A DNA stretch of 64,000 bases, from NCBI GenBank assembly GCA_043228905.1, contig JBHGNT010000020.1:7068001-7132000 (forward strand), in the 5' to 3' direction. The notes below the pieces were generated by a model. The model saw only the letters and a program-made list of their open reading frames with translations. It searched no databases and had not been told where the DNA came from. Source of the stretch: Azolla caroliniana (taxonomy: Eukaryota; Plantae; Polypodiophyta). The first letter of the stretch is position 1, and each line of letters opens with the position of its first letter. A program made the position numbers and the translations under genes. Shown one piece after another: positions 57,773 through 64,000 of this stretch.

Positions 57773-59630
57773 TTGTATATGTAAATATGTATATATATTT
57801 ATATATTTATTTATCTAGTCGCCGGACGCCGGTTCGCCGGATACCGGTGCCGCCGCCGGATGCCGTCGGTTACCAATGCCGGATGCCGCCGCCGGATTGC
57901 GGTCGGATGCCGTCGGATCATCGGCTCCATCGCCGGTCCGGTTTTGGTTGGCCAAAACCCTTTACAAGTAGCTAGCCACCTCCACTCTTAGTTCAAGTTA
58001 CCTTGAACTCTCTATGCTCTACACATAGACACAAAGATAATATCTTTTGCTCCACCTTATATATGATGAGAGCTGTATTTGTCGTGCCTATGTGGGATAT
58101 CTCACAATTTTCTCCTTTCCTTTTTCAAACTTTATACCCTCATATCTTGACATTTAGTTGTCCGTTTCTCGTGTAATAAAGTGCATTCGAAACCTCCATC
58201 ATTTTGTACTTAGATATTAAAAATGTTATCTTCACAATTATTGTACTACATGATTCATACTCGATTTCGTACGTTTTATAGGATTTTCACACTATTGCCG
58301 AAAATCTTCACGACAGCGTGTTTGTGAAGAAGTTTGAAGGTGCAGACTTCCTAATACTCCTCCTTTATGTGGACGACATGTTGATCGTCGGACGAGACCA
58401 AGTCAAGATACGGACGCTGAAGAAGGCTATGAACCGGACCTTCTTAATGAAAGACTTGGGTCCGGCAAGACAGATACTAGGGATGCATATCATCCGGGAC
58501 CGGTCAAAGATGAAATTGTGGGTGTCACAGGAGAAGTACGTGACAAAGGTGCTTCAGCGGTTCAACATGTCAGATGCGAAACCGGTCGGATCGACACTCC
58601 CAGCAAACTGCAGGTTATCCGGTAAGCAAAGCCCGAAGACGAAGGCAGAGAAGGCGGATATGATGAAGATACCATATGCCTCTACCGTCAGGAGCTTAAT
58701 GTACACAATGGTGTGTACCCGACTAGATATCGGATATGCAGTCAGAGTAGTGAGCCGGTTTATGAGCAATCCCGGCAAGGAGCACTAGAATGCGGTAAAA
58801 TGGATACTCCGATACTTGAAAGGCACCTCAAGTATGTGTCTCCAATTCGGCTCCGGTAAACCCCAACTTGACGGTTTCACCGATTCGGATATGTTGGCTG
58901 ATGCGGATACCAGTCTGTCAACATCCGGATACGTGATGACATATGCAGGGGGAGCTGTTTCGTGGCAGTCGAGGCTGCAAAAGACGGTTGCGTTGTCAAC
59001 CATGAAAGCGGAGTACATGGTAGCAGTGGAAGCCAACAAGGAAATACTGTGGATGATGGACTTCATCGGAGAGCTAGGGATTCGACAAGAGGAATACTGG
59101 CTCTATTGCGACAGTCAAAGTGCCATCCACCTTGCAAAGAACGCATCATACCAGTTCAGAACGAAGCACATCCAGCGTAGGTACCACTGGATCCGGAAAC
59201 GGGTAGAAGATCGAGAGTTCGTGCTGATGAAGATCCACACGGAGGAGAACGGGTCAGATATGTTGACCAAGGTGCTGACATCCGACAAGCTGGATGCATG
59301 CGGGAAGTGGATCGGACTGACGAGGCATCCCATGCTGGAGTGAAGGGGGAGTTTGTTAGGATTTCGGTCCCTCCGGATGGGATGATGAGTACCCGGCAAG
59401 GAAGACCCGGTGAGAATTGGATGATGCAATCTCGATCAGAAGCTCTCACCGGATGAAGGGACATATATGGAAATATGTTTCTGAGAGCCCATTGGGGCTA
59501 TATCTATAAATAGTCCTAATGTCATATTAGTATAATTATGACCTAGGGCAAATAGAGTGTATATGTGTGTGTATCATTGTGTTGTCATTTTTGACATAGA
59601 GTTATTGGTGTAACTGTTGTACAGAGCGTA

Positions 59631-59632
<2 letters not shown>

Positions 59633-59704
<72 letters not shown>
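59633..59704 (+). repeat. (AG)36 microsatellite in the 3' LTR of Copia D
   Basis: Perfect AG run. The 5' LTR has only about 9 units (41686-41703). Confidence 0.95.
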
Positions 59705-59711
<7 letters not shown>

Positions 59712-62700
59712 TACAGAGTGATTCTTTGTTGTAACCGCCACCAGGCGAAGAGTGTGAGCGCGAGGTCGTCGCCTTTGTGCCCCCTGTTGTATTCTTTGAC
59801 ATAGTGATAGTTTGGAGTCCGTGGGCTCCTGTGGTTTTCCATGTTAACATACTGTGTACCCTCTCTCATATTGTCTGTGTGTACGTGTATTCACCTCTAT
59901 TCCCATTCGTGGTGTTCGATTCTAAATGACACGATTTGAGACTCGGTTGTGGCCGAGTAATATTCCGCATATTTCGCATGACATACATGCATGGGTTGGA
60001 GTCTGATCTGTTGTATCCAAGCTGCCTTATGTGGGAGTTGAACTTCTGGTACCACATTCTCGGCGCTTGTTTGAGGCCATATAGACTTTTCTTTAGTCTG
60101 CATATGAGGTGACTGTCCTCCCCCGTCGCCGTGAAGCCTGCTGGTTGAGACATGTATATGTCTTCTTCCAGATCTCCGTGTAGCAATGCCATCTTTACGT
60201 CCAACTGCTCGAGCTCTAGATCTTCTATCGCCACGACTCCTAGTAGGAGTCAGAGGGTGGTCATCTTGACTACTGGTGAGAAGATCTCGTCAAAGTCAAC
60301 CCCGTATTCTTGTTTGAATCCTTTCGCGACAAGCCGAGCTTTGTACTTGGGTTTCTTTGAGTCAGATACATACTTGTATCGGAACACCCATTTGCAAGGT
60401 AGCGGCTTTCTTTCTACCGGTAGTTTGACCAACTCCCATGTTTGATTCTGATGAATCTAGTCCATTTCGGATTTCATGGCTTGTTGCCATGTTTCGGCGT
60501 ACGGTGCGGCCATAACTTCGTCATACGTGCTTGGTTTGCCTGCATCTGTGTAGTTGATGTAGTCGAGACCCGGTTGATAAAACTTTGTTTGCCTTCGAGC
60601 TCGTCCAGATCTCCTAGGTGCCGTAATATCTGGTTCGGATCCTTCGATCGGTTCCGATTGACGATCTGTATTTCTTGAACCAATTGTGTCAGGAGTCTTG
60701 TTTGGTATTCCGCCCCCGGTTTGGGATTTCGGTTGTGTCTGGTTGTTCTCCCCTGCGGTTGTTGTTGACTCTTTTCTAAGTTGTCCTTTGTTGACTCTGC
60801 CTTGATCGACCTTTGTCGATTCGGCTCTGTCTTTGATGACTTTGTCTTTGAGTTCGACGTTGGGACTTATTGCGGATTCGGTGTCAGCTGGTTGGAGTTC
60901 AATTGTCTGTTGACTCTCTGATTCGGCCCGGTGGGTCGATCTTTCTACGATCTGGTTGTCATCTTCGAAGGATACCTTCTTGCCCACTATTTTCGGCTGG
61001 TTCCATTGAGAGAAGATAGAGTCTTCATTGAAGACTACGTCGCTGTTCCAGATCCATTTCCGGTTCTCAGGGTCCCATAGTCGGTAGCCGAAGTCCCCAT
61101 CGGTTCCATAACCGAGAAATATGCACTTTGTTGCATGGGGTGCCAACTTCGTCCTTTTTTCCTTGGGGATGAACGCGTAGGCTTCGCATCCGAATATACG
61201 GAGCGTATTGTAGGTCGGTTGTTTGCCTGACCATAGTGCCTGTGGCACTTCGAGCTTGATTTCTCTTGACGACGCCAGATTGATCAGGTATACTGCCGTC
61301 TGCAATGCCTCGGCCCAGAATTCCAGCTTCAGTCTGACTTGCTGGAGCATTGCCGTCACCCTCTCCTGGATCGTTCGGTCGATCTGTTCAGCCACCCCAT
61401 TCTGCATGGGTGTGTAGGGAACGGTCTTTTGGTGCCCGATCCCTTTGTTGGATAGGTACTGTTTGAAGGCACTAAAGGTGTACTCACCTCCATTCTCGGA
61501 TCGAAGTATCTTCACTATGTATCCCGACCGGTTCTCCACTTTAGATATCCATCGAGTGAAGACCTCGAGCACTTCATCTTTGGACTTGATGGAGTATGCC
61601 CAAACTTTCCGTGTACAGTCATCTACGAATGTGATGAAGTACCGGGAGCCTCCTAGTGATCGCCCTGGCATGGGCCCACATATGTCTGTGTGCACGAGCT
61701 CTAGGGGTTGTCGTACCATCTCATGGTGGAGAGAGTGCGGACTTCGGATCTGTTTCCCATATTGACAGTGCTCGCAGAAGTTTGTCTTTGCTTGGAGTTT
61801 CATCATGTAGTCGACCGACATCACCCGATCAAGTCCGGCTTGTGACATATGGCCGAGTCGGCCATGCCATAGGTTCAGGTCGGTCTTTTTTGGCTACATT
61901 CACAGCCCCTTCAGGGTTGATCGCCATCAATGGGTATAGATTATTATACTTATGCCCACTATCGATTTTGAGATTTCCTCGGCTGATCACCCATGTCGAC
62001 TCATGTAGAGTCGTTTGATACCCATCTTTGGCTAACATGATGATGGAGACCAGACTCCTCTTTAGATCAGGTACGTGCCGAACTCGGTGCAGGGTTATTG
62101 TGTTACCATTTGGCAATCTGATGGGAACCTCCCCAGTTCCGGCTATCTTGCACTCCTGCTCGTTTCCCAGTCGGGCTGTGCCGCTGGCGTCTGCTTAATA
62201 GTTCGAGAACCATTCAACGTTGGGGGTCACGTGAAATGTGGCACCAGAGTCTAGTAGCCACGTGTGTGCAACTTGTGCACTGTAGAGGACTTCTCCGATC
62301 ATTGAATCCTCTAGGGAGAGGATTTCTCCGAATTGGGTGTTGGCAACATTGATCTGGTTGCCAACTGGGGCGTGGTCTGAGTCGGAACGTCCCCGATTCT
62401 GCTCGGATCGTCGACCACTCTCTTTTCTTTTTATTGACCAGTAGTTGGAAACATTGTGGCCAGCTTTCTTGCAGTGTGTGCAGTACTCGCTTGTTCGGCT
62501 TGTTTTCGACTTCAACCGTTGTCGGTCTCCCGTCGTTCTTGATCAACTATATTGTTGACCGGTTCAGTCGGCTTGTTCTTTCGGTCGAACGACTCAGTTG
62601 AGTGGTGGGCTTCTACCGACTCGTCGATGGATAGTCCCATCGATTTTCGCCTGATGTCCTCTGTGAGGACTTGGCCGGTTGTTTCGTCCAAATTCAGGAT

Positions 62701-63621
62701 CGGTCGGTTATTGGCGTGTGTTGTACAGAATACCTCCCAACTCGCCAGCAAACTCGATAGGAGGGCAAGGGCTTTCACTTCTTCTTCGAAGTTGATCCCT
62801 TGGGACGAGAGCTCCGACAACACCCGGCTGAAGGTGTTGATGTGGGAGGTTTCCGGATCGGTCTCTTTCATCTTCATGTTGAACAATTGTTTGATCAAGA
62901 TATGTTTTGAAGATGAAGACTTCTTCTCATATACGACCCATAATTTCTCCCACAATGAAAACGCTATCATCTCTTTTGCCATGCTGAAATATATGTTTTC
63001 AGCCAGATGCATTCCGATGGTGGAGCGTGCTATTTCGTCCATTGATCTCCACTCTTTTGCTGTCATCGAAGCAGGCTTTTTGTTATGCCGAATGACTTCG
63101 ACCTGTCTTCGGATAATCAACACATCTTGCATCATCTCTTTCCACAGGGCAAAGTTTTTGCCGTCGAACTTTCTAATTTCAACTCCTGTTCCGGATGTTG
63201 AAGCCATATTCTTTTTGTGGATTTGATGTTTCTGACCTGGTCTTTTCTTTCAGCTTCTTCTTCTGTTATCTGTTGCCGCCACACAACAAAACACTGCTTT
63301 GATACCACTTGTTGGTTAATGTCGACAGTTATGCGGAAGTGTGTGTTCGGATCTGATGGCTAGAACAACAAACAACATACACACAGAAGATAGAGAAGGC
63401 AGATATAGACTTACACAATTGCACGCTTTAATGGAAAGCTTCTTATTTCTGCACAACGTGTTTTTCTCTCTCAGAGATTACAATCGTCTCCTCGTCATCG
63501 TCATCATCGTCGTCGTCTCATTACAATGTTAGGTATTCACTTATATACTACACCCTAACTTATTAACGAGTTCACACTTGGACGGATACAACTTGGAAGA
63601 AGTCGGCCTTTTATGCCAACA

Positions 63622-63725
63622 ACTAATTGGCTAAGTGATAGCTAATTAGCTACTACCAACCTATAGTCTAGCAACTAATTAGCTAAGATGTAGCTAATTG
63701 GCTAAGTGGTAGCTAATTAGCTATT
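63622..63725. repeat. TAGCTAATTAGCTA palindromic minisatellite, segment 3
   Basis: Same units as 39451-40381, continuing after Copia C. Confidence 0.85.
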
Positions 63726-64000
63726 AGACTAACATGTAGCAATATCGAGCAGTATTCAACTTAGGTCATAGAAAAACACAAGAGAAGCCGCTAATTAGCT
63801 GACATGTTGTTGTAGAATCACGTGGAGTAAGGAGGTTGCATGAGGTGTCTGGTTCTGATGACGCCGCGACCGATGAGGAGATAGTTGGCAACGTGGCTGA
63901 AAGTAAGAGTCTGCTATCACATCGCCTTCAGATTAGCTCCACCCTATTCTTTTGGAAGATTGTATTGAATTAGGCAACGTTGGGAAAAGCAATGAAATAT

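Larger units (their letters stand above)
50700..58315 (-). mobile_element. Full-length non-chromovirus Gypsy H (Phygy/Selgy/Ylt1-like by motif resemblance)
   Basis: LTRs at 50700-51728 and 57312-58315 with a 12-bp terminal IR TGTCGTGAAGAT. PBS at 57286-57303 is complementary to the tRNA-Trp 3' end. PPT at 51729-51740. 4-bp TSD GCAT/GCGT. Confidence 0.95.
41362..59981 (+). mobile_element. Copia LTR retrotransposon D, decayed, with three nested insertions
   Basis: LTRs at 41362-41990 and 59354-59981. TSD CATAC (41357-41361 and 59982-59986). Degenerate Met PBS at 41994-42005. PPT GAAGGGGGAG at about 59342-59351. Coding pieces: 42021-43947, 48950-49107, 49770-50699, 58316-59343. Confidence 0.95.
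40382..63621 (-). mobile_element. Copia LTR retrotransposon C, decayed; outer element of a four-level nest
   Basis: 5' LTR at 63310-63621 (TGTTGG...CCAACA). PBS at about 63296-63307. Gag starts at 63207 (MASTSGTGVEIRKFDGKNFALWK). Integrase 60457-61848. RT at 59982-60430 continues at about 40515-41361. 3' LTR truncated to 40382-40515. TSD GCTAA/ACTAA. Confidence 0.92.
21637..63902 (+). pseudogene. Degenerate multi-exon gene of unknown family (possibly a DNA-transposon accessory gene) hosting all downstream LTR insertions
   Basis: Exon-like blocks with GT/AG borders: about 21637-21749, 22539-22760 joined to 25484-25944, further pieces to 26583, and 63816-63902. The frame rejoins across the Copia at 22761-25478 (ELYDDCMRLHQKVHQDIPVNNKFSVSFARAFAYEYC). 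Frameshift near 22695 and in-frame stop near 25657. Confidence 0.55.

Overview
This is eukaryotic land-plant genomic DNA, probably a seed-free plant such as a fern or lycophyte (inferred from the TE lineages, not provable here). It holds one apparently intact host gene: a six-exon MEI2-like/TERMINAL EAR1-like RRM gene (10414-14936, +). That gene has an N-terminal PAM2-like motif and a GC-AG intron. The rest is dominated by LTR retrotransposons. At the left, a Copia element with an open gag-pol (1-3338) is inserted into a Gypsy fragment, and there is a solo LTR at 7791-8245. From about 21.6 kb to the end runs a degenerate multi-exon gene. One of its introns carries a TAGCTAATTAGCTA repeat and has been inflated to about 37 kb by two insertion stacks. 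Stack 1 is Copia B (26897-39450), which contains an intact, young chromodomain Gypsy (28060-35078). Stack 2 is Copia C (40382-63621), containing Copia D (41362-59981), which in turn holds Gypsy E with a solo LTR inside it, a second solo LTR, and Gypsy H (50700-58315). The most notable oddities are: (1) a regularly spaced array of palindromic hairpin repeats in the 1.7-kb, probably intron-containing leader of the intact Gypsy; (2) fixed TG...TA termini in that family; (3) a tRNA-derived Pol III A/B-box module in both LTRs of Gypsy H; (4) an apparent capsid-domain swap between two otherwise closely related Copia elements. All coordinates and alignments were done by eye.
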